A stretch of DNA of 53,854 nt from a virus (lineage: Duplodnaviria > Caudoviricetes), in IMG/VR virus record IMGVR_UViG_3300021961_000135, positions 1-53,854 of that record; one strand, 5' to 3'. Both the position numbers and the translations under genes were made by a program. Positions 19,689 through 28,453 of the stretch are shown here, piece after piece. The notes beneath the pieces are model-generated. The model did not search any database and was not told the DNA's origin. It saw only the letters and a program-made list of their open reading frames with translations. The number at the start of each line of letters is the position of its first letter. Within the stretch, counting starts at the first letter, position 1.

Positions 19689-22542
19689 CGGCTTCAATAA
19701 TCTCGCGTCTGATTTTCATAACTGTTACCCGCATCTGTGGCCCCTTGGTTTTGGCCATCATGTCTTTCTTAAGATACTCCACGTTGTACAGTTGTTCAAG
19801 CTGGCGCTTGAGTGTCGAGTACCCGAAGCTCATGGTAGCGCAGTACGCCTTGAGTAGTTGCTCCTCGATGAAGTAGTCGATGTGGTTGGGGATTGGCTCA
19901 TGCTCCACCCGACCGAACACCTTGTTGCGTGTGATGGAGATGTCAATCTCTTTGCCGCTACCAAGCTCAGCCATCAAGCCACCCTTGCTTGGCTTAATCA
20001 CAACAAAGCTGCCGTAGTTGTCACGGGTGTAGGCGTTCAGCACATCCACAGCGGTGCGCACGCTGTTCTTCATACTGGCACGCATGTATTCCACAGCCTT
20101 CTTGTACGAGTTCAGAATGGGCCGAAACGGTATCTCAGCCACGCCCAACTCTTTAAACGCTCTGAGTGCGCATACTGAAGCGCCAATACCAGCCATCCAA
20201 AAGCGCTCATCGTTGGTTGCTTTGAACTCAGTGTACATACCCGCAACAGCTTCGCCCACCATGACAGGGAACTTGTCCACGTTGTCGGCTAAGTACTGAG
20301 ACAGGGCGTATCCTGCCAAGCCGTAGTTCTGTTGCAAGGACTTGATGATCTCAATCTCATGGGGCTCCCACTTCAACTCATCCTCAAGCACGAACTCCAG
20401 TAAGCGGCGCAGTTCACCTTCCGATGAGTGGGTGCGGCCTCCAGTCAGGTAGTCCACGATGTGGGTGTTAGACGACATCAAGGCGTTGGTCATCCATGTG
20501 GACAAGTTCAGGCGCTCTTTGTTGGAGCCAGACTCCATACGCTCCTTGCCGCGGCCTTCGGTCATGTCTAGCAGGAACTCAGGCAACCACTCAAAGTCGT
20601 CTCGGTTCTTGGATGTGATCTCGTCCGTGATGAGTGGGTGGCTGTTGAGCAGACCCAAGCGCTGTTGCATGGCCACAGGAGATGTGCTCTTGCCTGTGCG
20701 GTAGTGGGTGGGGTGTCCCCATACAGAAGCTGCGGCCTCCAGAGCCAGCGTCTTGCCCGTACCTGACTCGGTACTGGCACAGTGGTACGTCATGCCGTAG
20801 ATGCCCGTGAAGCGCATGAAGGGTGCGCCAGCACCGGCAAGCAAAACGGCTAAGTGATCCCACATCTTCTTGGCGATCAACATGTTGATGAAGGCGCGCC
20901 AGTTCTCGATAGTGCCTCGTGGCTCTGTGTTCTTGGTGATGTTCTCCAAGCCCGGCATCGGGACTTTGACTGGGGGTTTACCCTTAGTAAAGATACGACC
21001 CGCAAATACATACGAGTTGTCGGCTTGCCAACCATAGCTGTCGGGTACTTTGATTGGTGTTTTGTTGGTGCTAGAGTCTTCCACGCATGCCCTCACATAT
21101 TCAAAAAGGTTTTTATCGTTGCCGTGGCCAAAAGCGGCCACGATGTTTTGACTAGCCAGTGCTTTGACTGTCTCGTCCTTGCTGACCACAGCCTTCTGCG
21201 GCATCGTCACGTTCAGCGCTCCTTCGGGTCTAAGCGCAATCATGTGCACAGTGTGGTCGTTGTTGCTGTTGAGGATGTCCACAACAAACAACTCGTACGG
21301 CAAAAGCATCACTTGCTTCTTGGTCTTAGCCCCATCATCGTCCTCGACCATGCGCTCCATGAAGATACCGCCATTGGTACCATAGGCATAACCACGAGGC
21401 GGTGTTGGGCGCATGACCTTGAGCGTCTCATTGGCTGTGGCAGTGCTGTCGCCTGAGAGTTTTACTTCGATCTCTTTCTCTTCAACCTCGACCCCAATCT
21501 CACGACCAAGGATCAGTGGGTTGGTGATCTTGCCCCAGTGCTGACAGCTTGGGCAGATGCCGGGGTTCTCGCTGTCCATCTTGATGCATGGGTATGGGCC
21601 TTTGATGCCTTGCAGCTTCTGGTTCATGCGCTCCGATGTGTACGGGTGCATCTTACTGAGCCACACAGCCGCCTTGTTGCCGTCCTCACAGACCTTAGTC
21701 CATGACAGGAGACCACGCCATATCGGCTCCATGCCTTCTTCTTTGGCATGCTCAACGTAGTTGGCTAACTGGCCGCAACCTCTGTCGTTCTGCGTAGCCA
21801 GCCAGATCGGTTTGAACTTGGTCACGCTGTTCTCGTACAGCTTGACTGTCGTAGCCGATGGTGTTGCTTTAGCTGGGCGCTGTCCGGGCAAGTCAAGGGT
21901 GGGCACAGCCACAGGCTCATACACTGAGCCAGCCAGTTTCTCCCTGATAAGGGTGGCGATACCTTCGAAGCTGAACACATCGCCTTCAGTCAGTATGCGC
22001 ACGGGGCGCGGCGTTGCGTACTTCTTCTTGAAGTTGGTTGTGCCCGGCACACGCAAGACACGGGCGGCATCAGCCGTCACAGTCATGTCGATCGCCAAGC
22101 TCTCCTGTTTGCACAGGCGCTTGAAGTTCTCGGCAACAGGCTTCCATGCTTCAATAGGAACGGCAGTAAGTAGTGGCCAGTAGCAGTGCAAGCCACCACC
22201 AGAGGCAATCACATAGGGCGTACCCAAGGCATCGAGGCCAGTCTTTTCTAAGAACGCGTTGAGCGCAAGAGCAGCATCTTTCTTTGATGCGTACCCATCC
22301 ATGTCGATGAACATGGATTTCACATACCTTGCGTTTGCCGCAGTACGGTTGTCTTCTGCACCAAAGGTAGCCAAGGCAAAGTAAACGTCACACTTGTCTT
22401 CGTGCCAACGGGCAGTTGGCTCTGATGTTTGATCGAGCGAGTCCACAAAGACATGCTCTTTCTTCTTTGTAAGTTCTGCTACGCAGTACCGACCAAATTC
22501 TGGCGGCGGCAGAACAACCGCTAAAAACTCAAGCGGAGTCAT
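19648..22542 (-). CDS. Primase-helicase (RepB/AEP-like primase, Cys cluster, DUF927 helicase)
   Basis: FIDMD, SGGGLHCYW, RVLRVPGT; C..CPSC; Walker A ESGTGKT and Walker B ITDE. Confidence 0.85.
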   Translation of the reverse strand: MTPLEFLAVVLPPPEFGRYCVAELTKKKEHVFVDSLDQTSEPTARWHEDKCDVYFALATFGAEDNRTAANARYVKSMFIDMDGYASKKDAALALNAFLEKTGLDALGTPYVIASGGGLHCYWPLLTAVPIEAWKPVAENFKRLCKQESLAIDMTVTADAARVLRVPGTTNFKKKYATPRPVRILTEGDVFSFEGIATLIREKLAGSVYEPVAVPTLDLPGQRPAKATPSATTVKLYENSVTKFKPIWLATQNDRGCGQLANYVEHAKEEGMEPIWRGLLSWTKVCEDGNKAAVWLSKMHPYTSERMNQKLQGIKGPYPCIKMDSENPGICPSCQHWGKITNPLILGREIGVEVEEKEIEVKLSGDSTATANETLKVMRPTPPRGYAYGTNGGIFMERMVEDDDGAKTKKQVMLLPYELFVVDILNSNNDHTVHMIALRPEGALNVTMPQKAVVSKDETVKALASQNIVAAFGHGNDKNLFEYVRACVEDSSTNKTPIKVPDSYGWQADNSYVFAGRIFTKGKPPVKVPMPGLENITKNTEPRGTIENWRAFINMLIAKKMWDHLAVLLAGAGAPFMRFTGIYGMTYHCASTESGTGKTLALEAAASVWGHPTHYRTGKSTSPVAMQQRLGLLNSHPLITDEITSKNRDDFEWLPEFLLDMTEGRGKERMESGSNKERLNLSTWMTNALMSSNTHIVDYLTGGRTHSSEGELRRLLEFVLEDELKWEPHEIEIIKSLQQNYGLAGYALSQYLADNVDKFPVMVGEAVAGMYTEFKATNDERFWMAGIGASVCALRAFKELGVAEIPFRPILNSYKKAVEYMRASMKNSVRTAVDVLNAYTRDNYGSFVVIKPSKGGLMAELGSGKEIDISITRNKVFGRVEHEPIPNHIDYFIEEQLLKAYCATMSFGYSTLKRQLEQLYNVEYLKKDMMAKTKGPQMRVTVMKIRREIIEADEVLLTAPSVGET

Positions 22543-22559
22543 TGAAGTCCTTGGTTGGG

Positions 22560-22757
22560 TTACAGGAACAGGTCAAGCTGTCTAGCGTCTGCAATCTGCG
22601 CCCCGTCAGGCGGAGCCATGACAGTCAGGCGGCGCAGGACTTCGTGTTGCCATTCTTTGGGCATCCCTGCGGGCAGTTCCATCAGTTCAGCGCTGAAGCG
22701 AATCAACTCCTGTGTGGTCAGGGATCGAGGTTGTATTCCGTACATATTTTTCTCCAT
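22560..22757 (-). CDS. Hypothetical protein
   Basis: In operon context; ends in QLDLFL, which resembles a beta-clamp-binding motif. Confidence 0.6.
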   Translation of the reverse strand: MEKNMYGIQPRSLTTQELIRFSAELMELPAGMPKEWQHEVLRRLTVMAPPDGAQIADARQLDLFL

Positions 22758-22996
22758 GCCTCGTCTGCTGTGCGAGAGGTCTGCATTATTTTGGTTAAGA
22801 ATTCGACGCGGTTACGATAGGCCACAAACACTTCCGTGCCCGTGAACCAGTTGTAAACGGTCTGCCGTGAGACGCCAAGCGCATAGGCAATCTTCGTGAC
22901 GGGGAAGTCAAGATGGATTGCCCAACGCCCAAGCTGGTTGCCCAGAGACTTGGGTGTCTTCGCTACGTCGTCAATGATTTTCTGTGAGTACGCCAT
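22718..22996 (-). CDS. Cro/XRE-like HTH DNA-binding protein
   Basis: VTKIAYALGVSRQTVYNWFTG is a classic helix-turn-helix. Confidence 0.85.
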   Translation of the reverse strand: MAYSQKIIDDVAKTPKSLGNQLGRWAIHLDFPVTKIAYALGVSRQTVYNWFTGTEVFVAYRNRVEFLTKIMQTSRTADEAWRKICTEYNLDP

Positions 22997-22997
22997 G

Positions 22998-23477
22998 TTA
23001 CTTGGCCATTGCCTTCATCACTTTTTCCAACATGCCTGATGCTTCTAGTGCGGCTAGGCGCTCCAGACTGTTGACAAGAGACTCAGCTTGCTTGGCTGTT
23101 TCGGCAAAGTTGGTGTTGCCTGCCACCTTGTTGAACCGCTCAATCGCAACACCGAGCTTCTCAGCCCCGTCACGCATCTTGCCGTTCACATCATTAAGAT
23201 GTTTGTTAGATTCCTTCGCTTGCTCAACCAGAGCGTTGGTGCTCTTGAGAAGAGCGTCTGTCAACGCATCAGCGTCTTCTTTAGTTTTTTCTAGTGCAGA
23301 CATAAGTTTTCCTAGTGGTTCGCGTTCATTAAGGTATATGCCGCCATCAGCAGCCATAGTAGACAGATGATGGAAATCGTGCCACCCACCCGAAGCAGTG
23401 GTGTAGCCCTGTTGTTTAATCTGACGCAAAGCGCCAGCAGTCAGGCCTCTCGTGTTTGCAGGAAAAATAATTGCCAT
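22998..23477 (-). CDS. Coiled-coil hypothetical protein (start 23477 or 23303)
   Basis: Helical heptad pattern. The internal ATG at 23303 has an AGGA Shine-Dalgarno; the ATG at 23477 has none. Confidence 0.6.
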   Translation of the reverse strand: MAIIFPANTRGLTAGALRQIKQQGYTTASGGWHDFHHLSTMAADGGIYLNEREPLGKLMSALEKTKEDADALTDALLKSTNALVEQAKESNKHLNDVNGKMRDGAEKLGVAIERFNKVAGNTNFAETAKQAESLVNSLERLAALEASGMLEKVMKAMAK

Positions 23478-23486
23478 AGTGTTAGG

Positions 23487-23561
23487 TGGGGGTTGGGTGG
23501 GGATCGAACCCACCACTCCACAGTGCGTGCCGGAATCGAACCGGCCCTTTTACCAACCCCC
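23487..23561 (-). ncRNA. tRNA-like RNA with two T-arms
   Basis: GGGGGTTGG TAAAAGG GCCGG-TTCGATT-CCGGC ACG CACT-GTGG-AGTG GTGGG-TTCGATC-CCCAC CCAACCCCC A. All four helices are perfectly paired. Confidence 0.7.
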
Positions 23562-23568
23562 GATTCAA

Positions 23569-24534
23569 TTACTCATCGTCCCAATCAGCAACGATGTCGG
23601 CCAGCTTGTTCTTCTTAGCTGGGGCGGCTTCCACCTTGGCAGGAGCCTTGCGCACTTCGGGCTCTTCCTCGGCTTCAACTTCAACAGCCTTGGCTTTCTT
23701 AGCCTTGGGTGCTGGCGCTTCTTCCTCATCCATCAACTCACCCATAGGTCTTGTCGCAGGACGCTTGCCCTCGATAGCCAAAGGCGCGGGAGTAGTAACG
23801 CCATCCACAGCGGCAGGGGTAGAAGCCACGGCCTTCTCAGCATCCTTGGATGTGCTCTGCGTCTGAACGATCTCATACTCATCATCAGTCAACCAACGCA
23901 CAGGCGAGAAGATCAGCTTGGGTGATTCAGCCTTGGTATCAAACTTCATACGGGTCACGATGGAGTCCAAGTTAACAGGAGGAGTCTGAGCCGCCATAGC
24001 ACGGGCGTATGCCTGCAAGGGGCGCTTGTCGCCTTCTTCTTTGCCGAAGATGGATGTGGCGGGCAAGGTGACCTGCAAGACATCGCCTTCGGGGTTGTTG
24101 GCCAACACCACAGCCAAGCGCTGTTGGTAGCGGCAAGCACGGCTTTGACCGTTGCCAGACCCAGCGATGTTCTGTGGGCATGTGGCACAGCTTGAAGACT
24201 GCTTGTTCTTCACACCGGCATCAGGCTTCTCACCATCACCAGAGGTGCAATCAGGGGCGGCTGCAGCCGCGTCTTTGTCATACGATCCTGCGTAGAAGAT
24301 ACGGCTGACCTTGGGGGCGGCTTTGACCACGATTACATCCAAGAAGCGCTCATCGATAGCGGCAATCTCTTTGCCACCGGCAAGCAGACGGAACACGCCA
24401 CCCTTGATGGAGACGCGCTTCATGCCGGCACTGGTGTTGACACCGCCGGCCAAGGCCAAAGTAGTTGCAGACAGAGCCGCATTCTTAGCGAAGGCTGGCA
24501 CATTTGAGGGGTTGAACATTGCGATGTTGCTCAT
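23569..24534 (-). CDS. ssDNA-binding/annealing protein (Cys-containing, acidic tail)
   Basis: RVSIKGGVF, C...CATCPQN...ACR and C-terminal DIVADWDDE, located in the replication module. Confidence 0.65.
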   Translation of the reverse strand: MSNIAMFNPSNVPAFAKNAALSATTLALAGGVNTSAGMKRVSIKGGVFRLLAGGKEIAAIDERFLDVIVVKAAPKVSRIFYAGSYDKDAAAAAPDCTSGDGEKPDAGVKNKQSSSCATCPQNIAGSGNGQSRACRYQQRLAVVLANNPEGDVLQVTLPATSIFGKEEGDKRPLQAYARAMAAQTPPVNLDSIVTRMKFDTKAESPKLIFSPVRWLTDDEYEIVQTQSTSKDAEKAVASTPAAVDGVTTPAPLAIEGKRPATRPMGELMDEEEAPAPKAKKAKAVEVEAEEEPEVRKAPAKVEAAPAKKNKLADIVADWDDE

Positions 24535-24546
24535 TTTGATTTCCAA

Positions 24547-24948
24547 TTAAGAAGGTTTGCGTACAGAGATGTCGTACTCAGATGCTGAGTTCAGGCCGGG
24601 CGGTACGACCCCGGGGTTTTCGTCCAAGAATTGCTTCATGTTGGTCTGGGCGATGCGTTTCTCCAGAAGCTCAAGAGCTTCATGGGCTATGACGAACTTC
24701 TTGAATTCGTCCCAGTCTTGTGTTGAGTAACGCGTCTTCACAGACAGCACCACTGTGCCTTCTGGAGTTCGTACAGATGTCACGCCAAGCGCTTTCATCT
24801 GGTCTTTCATTGCGTTCTTGATCTCTTCCTGTTGCGCCTTGAGTATCTCCACTTGCGTGTCGTACTCTTGGGTCAGGTCGGCAATCTTGCTACGCAGTTT
24901 GCGGTAGATTTTTGCTAGTTTGTCTAGCGGTACTGAGTCTTCTGACAT
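24547..24948 (-). CDS. Conserved phage coiled-coil protein
   Basis: SVRTPEGTV...DWDEF...LLEKRI...PPGL; in operon with the SSB-like gene. Confidence 0.7.
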   Translation of the reverse strand: MSEDSVPLDKLAKIYRKLRSKIADLTQEYDTQVEILKAQQEEIKNAMKDQMKALGVTSVRTPEGTVVLSVKTRYSTQDWDEFKKFVIAHEALELLEKRIAQTNMKQFLDENPGVVPPGLNSASEYDISVRKPS

Positions 24949-24969
24949 TTGCTTCTCCGGTTTAATTAT

Positions 24970-25012
24970 TGTCTAAGGTTGGACAGTTTACATGTATTTT
25001 TGATCGTTGCAA
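24970..25012 (-). promoter_or_regulatory. sigma70-type promoter with adjacent palindromic operator
   Basis: On the - strand, TTGCAA-N16-TAAACT is followed immediately by TGTCCAACCTTAGACA. Confidence 0.55.
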
Positions 25013-25019
25013 TACCCTT

Positions 25020-26579
25020 TCATGATTTAATTTCAGTCTCGAACATGTCGGTCAGTAGTAAGTTATCGCTAACTTTCCCTGCCAACGCCCTAAACATCTT
25101 CTGCTCGATGGCGCTACTCTGAATGTGAATCACAGTAACTTTGTCTGAGTCCTGCCCCTTGCGGTCAGCACGGGCACAGCATTGGATGTACTGCTCAACG
25201 CTCATGAGTGGCCCGTAGAACACCACAGTATCAGCGGCAGTCAGCGTAATGCCGTGCGCAGAAGCCGCAGGCTGCATCACCAGTACACGCGGGTCTTCCT
25301 CAGTCTGGAAGCGATTGATCGTCTGGCCACGCTTGCTTGGTGTGATGTCCCCGTGGATGCACTCATTGACAATACCCTTCTTGGTGAGGTAGTTGCTGAT
25401 GGTGTCGATGGTGCTACGAAACAGAGCGAAGATGATGACCTTGCGGTTGGTCTCCTCAAGTATCTCCTCCAGTACAGCCAAGCGCGGTGCTGAGTCGAAC
25501 TCAACCACTTCCTTGTCATCGGTGTATGCCGCACCACAACTGATCTGCAAGAGCTTGGATACACCAGCGGCGGCGTTGACTGCCGTGATGGTCTCGCCTG
25601 CGGCTTGCACCAGCATGCGGTCTTTAAGCATCTCGTAGTACTTCCTCTGCTGTGGTGTCATCGGCACTTCACGGGTCATCGTAACTACTGGCGGCAAGTC
25701 AAGGCACTGCGCTTTGGTAAAGCGTATGGCTGGTTGCAACGCTTCGTGCACTTTGTCCTTGGCATCAATCTTCGGAGCCCACTTGAACATCGTCACCTTG
25801 TTCATCACCTGATCGCGCCATGCTGTGAAGAACTTGGGCACACCCTCGGGATTGACTAGCTTAGCCAAACCATACGCATCGACAGGCGACTGCGATGCAG
25901 GAGTACCAGTCATCATCCACAGGTACGTGTTGGGGTTAAGGATTGAGTTCAGCGCTTTCCAGCGTTTGGTTGTGGGTGTCTTGTACGCGTTGGCTTCGTC
26001 AACAATCACAAGGTCAAAGCGCCCATCGTTACGCACCTCATCAGCGATGAGGTTAAGCCCCTCGTAGTTGGCAATCACAATCTCGTAGTCACGCTGGATC
26101 ATCTCGATGCGCCGACTAGCTTGAGGATGGTGCGCGATAACGGCTGAGCGATGTATGACGCTGTTGTTGATGTCGCCCATCCATGCGCTGTGCATGATCG
26201 ACAAGGGGCACAGAATGAGAACCCTGCGCACTTTGCGTAGCTTCATCAAGTAGTCAGCCGCCCACAATGCAGACAGCGTCTTACCCGTGCCGGGCTCAGA
26301 GAACACGAAGGCTCTCCTGTACATCGTCAAGAACGCTGCCGTCTCGATCTGGTGAGCCATGGGTTTGTAACGCCCCGGCCAGTCATAGCGCCTAGTGATA
26401 GGCGATGGTACGTCTTTAACGCCTAGGTTACGCAACACCCGCGCTTCGTCCAAGCCCCAATACACAGCGACATCGTAGCCTCCGTCTGCACGGGGCATTG
26501 CCTTGCTCTTGGGAATGATGGAGTATTTGTGCGGGTTCCTTGTGCGTAAGATAAGTGCTCTGTCTTCAATTATCTCCAC
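25020..26579 (-). CDS. SNF2-family helicase
   Basis: EPGTGKT, IVDEAN, MTGTP, HGITLT and QCCARADRKGQ superfamily 2 motifs. Confidence 0.92.
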   Translation of the reverse strand: MEIIEDRALILRTRNPHKYSIIPKSKAMPRADGGYDVAVYWGLDEARVLRNLGVKDVPSPITRRYDWPGRYKPMAHQIETAAFLTMYRRAFVFSEPGTGKTLSALWAADYLMKLRKVRRVLILCPLSIMHSAWMGDINNSVIHRSAVIAHHPQASRRIEMIQRDYEIVIANYEGLNLIADEVRNDGRFDLVIVDEANAYKTPTTKRWKALNSILNPNTYLWMMTGTPASQSPVDAYGLAKLVNPEGVPKFFTAWRDQVMNKVTMFKWAPKIDAKDKVHEALQPAIRFTKAQCLDLPPVVTMTREVPMTPQQRKYYEMLKDRMLVQAAGETITAVNAAAGVSKLLQISCGAAYTDDKEVVEFDSAPRLAVLEEILEETNRKVIIFALFRSTIDTISNYLTKKGIVNECIHGDITPSKRGQTINRFQTEEDPRVLVMQPAASAHGITLTAADTVVFYGPLMSVEQYIQCCARADRKGQDSDKVTVIHIQSSAIEQKMFRALAGKVSDNLLLTDMFETEIKS

Positions 26580-26997
26580 AAAGTTTCTCCTCGAAGTAGG
26601 TGTCGTTTTCCCACGTTTCTTTTGTTTTTTTGTACGCTACCATAAAACCTTCAACCGTCATTGGCGGTATGCGGTCTTGGCCAAGTTCCAATTCCTCGTA
26701 GTGTGCCAACGTCAAGTGCACATACTCTTTTTCCAAACCAAAAGCTTCCGCTACTGCGTGCCACACACCATCAGCTGCTTGCGCAGCAACGCCCGAAATA
26801 AGCGCATCTAACGGAGAATCCTCCTCTAGTTCCATACCAAACATTAGTTCGTATACGTGCTGCGCTTCATTCGCAACTTCACACCAATGGCGCAGTTGCG
26901 TGGCTTCAAAGTATCTGTGCATCAGATTGTTTGTATCGTCAGCTTTTTCATCTGCCCAGTTTTTAACTTCTTCTTTGAGCGAGGCCAAGTCTTCCAT
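26566..26997 (-). CDS. Acidic hypothetical protein
   Basis: AAGGAG SD before MEDLASL; fills the gap between the HNH and helicase genes. Confidence 0.6.
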   Translation of the reverse strand: MEDLASLKEEVKNWADEKADDTNNLMHRYFEATQLRHWCEVANEAQHVYELMFGMELEEDSPLDALISGVAAQAADGVWHAVAEAFGLEKEYVHLTLAHYEELELGQDRIPPMTVEGFMVAYKKTKETWENDTYFEEKLCGDN

Positions 26998-27007
26998 TGC
27001 TTTCTCC

Positions 27008-27241
27008 TTATTTATTGTCTGCTCTGTTGGCAGATTTGCTACGCATACGCAAGTTACCTTTGGCTGATGTGCCACCTGAGCGCATGGGCTTGATGTGATC
27101 TACATCTTTGCCGTCACCCTTGGTGGCCGCTCCCGTCTTCTCCATCATGCGCCGAGCTTTAACACGCTCTGCACGCTTCTTGATCTGATCGGGCTTGCCT
27201 TGGTAGTTAGCGTACTCTGACGAATAGTTTCTTGTGGCCAT
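27008..27241 (-). CDS. Small HNH endonuclease-like protein
   Basis: GKDVDHIKP..SGG...NLR.....NR. Confidence 0.85.
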   Translation of the reverse strand: MATRNYSSEYANYQGKPDQIKKRAERVKARRMMEKTGAATKGDGKDVDHIKPMRSGGTSAKGNLRMRSKSANRADNK

Positions 27242-27249
27242 GATTGTTC

Positions 27250-27915
27250 CTAATGCTTAGGGTTGAACTCACAGCCAGTGACCTGACACCAGCCGCATAG
27301 TGGGGTTTGATTTGGGTTCCAGACATCGTTCTCAAAGCATGCCTCGAGCCGAGCAGTACGCTCACGATACTTCCACCAAAAGTTTTCGGCTTGGTCTCGT
27401 GTCATCTGCATCTTGACCATATCATTTTTGACGATGAACAGCAACGCAGAGTTGACCTTACGGATGTGGGGGAAGTGTTGGAACACCATGAGCGACATAA
27501 GCACAAGCTGATCCCTGTCAGGGTACTTGTTGTTGCCAGTCTTCCAGTCTCCCACCCACGCCGTAAGGTTCTCGTCGTCAACGATCAGAATGTCAGCGAT
27601 GCCCCGCACCCAAACATCAGGCGCTTTCCAGTTAGTAGGCGTAAGGTCAGCGCGTAGCGCCATCTCGTACTCTGCTAGCTTTCTTCCGGGCTTCTTGAGC
27701 ATGGCGTCCACCACAGGCTGGAACTGTGCGTACTCAGGCGGTATAGGCGTTTGATCCCTGATGTAGTTCTCAATCGCCTCATGCACCTGATTGCCATACC
27801 GCGTGGCTTCGGTCTCTTGGAAGGGGTACTTCTTCAAGACCTTGACCTCGTGATACCTGCGCTGACAGCCTTCAAAATCCTTGAGACTGCTGTGTGACCA
27901 TGCTGGTTTTTTCAT
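27250..27915 (-). CDS. PD-(D/E)XK Cas4/RecB-like exonuclease
   Basis: WSHSSL..C, G...H, RGIAD, GDWKTG and C-terminal CGWC....C. Confidence 0.88.
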   Translation of the reverse strand: MKKPAWSHSSLKDFEGCQRRYHEVKVLKKYPFQETEATRYGNQVHEAIENYIRDQTPIPPEYAQFQPVVDAMLKKPGRKLAEYEMALRADLTPTNWKAPDVWVRGIADILIVDDENLTAWVGDWKTGNNKYPDRDQLVLMSLMVFQHFPHIRKVNSALLFIVKNDMVKMQMTRDQAENFWWKYRERTARLEACFENDVWNPNQTPLCGWCQVTGCEFNPKH

Positions 27916-28211
27916 TCGAACTTCGCTGTGTTAATGGCTTTGTTAAGCCGTGTTGCAAATGCTGATACAAAACGCTCGTCACGATACAGAGGGCTGTCCA
28001 TGTCATGCAAGATTGCATGCGTAAGCTCATGCCAAAAGGTGTCACCTACCTCGTGCTTTGTGAACGGCTTGCCTGTGTGGTTGCGTGTACCGATACGAAT
28101 GTGTTGCGCGTCATAGTGCACACGCCCCATGTAGTTCTTATCGATCATCGCCTCGATGACTTCCACGCTGTACCAGCGCCTACCGACTCTTATTTTTGTT
28201 GGTAATTTCAA
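27912..28211 (-). CDS. Small HExxH metallopeptidase-like protein
   Basis: DTFWHELTHAIL...DERFV. Confidence 0.7.
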   Translation of the reverse strand: MKLPTKIRVGRRWYSVEVIEAMIDKNYMGRVHYDAQHIRIGTRNHTGKPFTKHEVGDTFWHELTHAILHDMDSPLYRDERFVSAFATRLNKAINTAKFE

Positions 28212-28444
28212 TATTGCTTCTCCTCTATTTTTTCGTATGTCATCTCAAAGATGTCCGGCTTGCACGGGTAGTGCTCACCCTTTACGCCTGTGATGATCCA
28301 GTCGCCGGGCCTCACCAAATGCGCTCCTTCAAGCGTTTCAATTTGTGGCGCACCAGTTTTTTTCCCAATAAACACGGCTGGATGGTCGCCATCTTTGAAC
28401 CACTGCGTGGCTTCAATAACCACGGGTTTTTTTCTGTACTTCAT
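28208..28444 (-). CDS. PGDYG-like phage protein
   Basis: YRKKPVVIEA...IETLEG...PGDWIITGVKGEHYPCKPDIFEMTYE. Confidence 0.8.
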   Translation of the reverse strand: MKYRKKPVVIEATQWFKDGDHPAVFIGKKTGAPQIETLEGAHLVRPGDWIITGVKGEHYPCKPDIFEMTYEKIEEKQY

Positions 28445-28453
28445 TGCTTCTCC

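Noticed and set aside
23487-23561. Canonical tRNA gene
   Set aside because: It has no D-arm and no 5-bp/7-nt anticodon arm; reported as a tRNA-like ncRNA instead.
27008-27241. HNH as an intron-encoded homing endonuclease
   Set aside because: It is a free-standing 77-aa ORF; the neighbouring genes are uninterrupted and no intron structure was seen.
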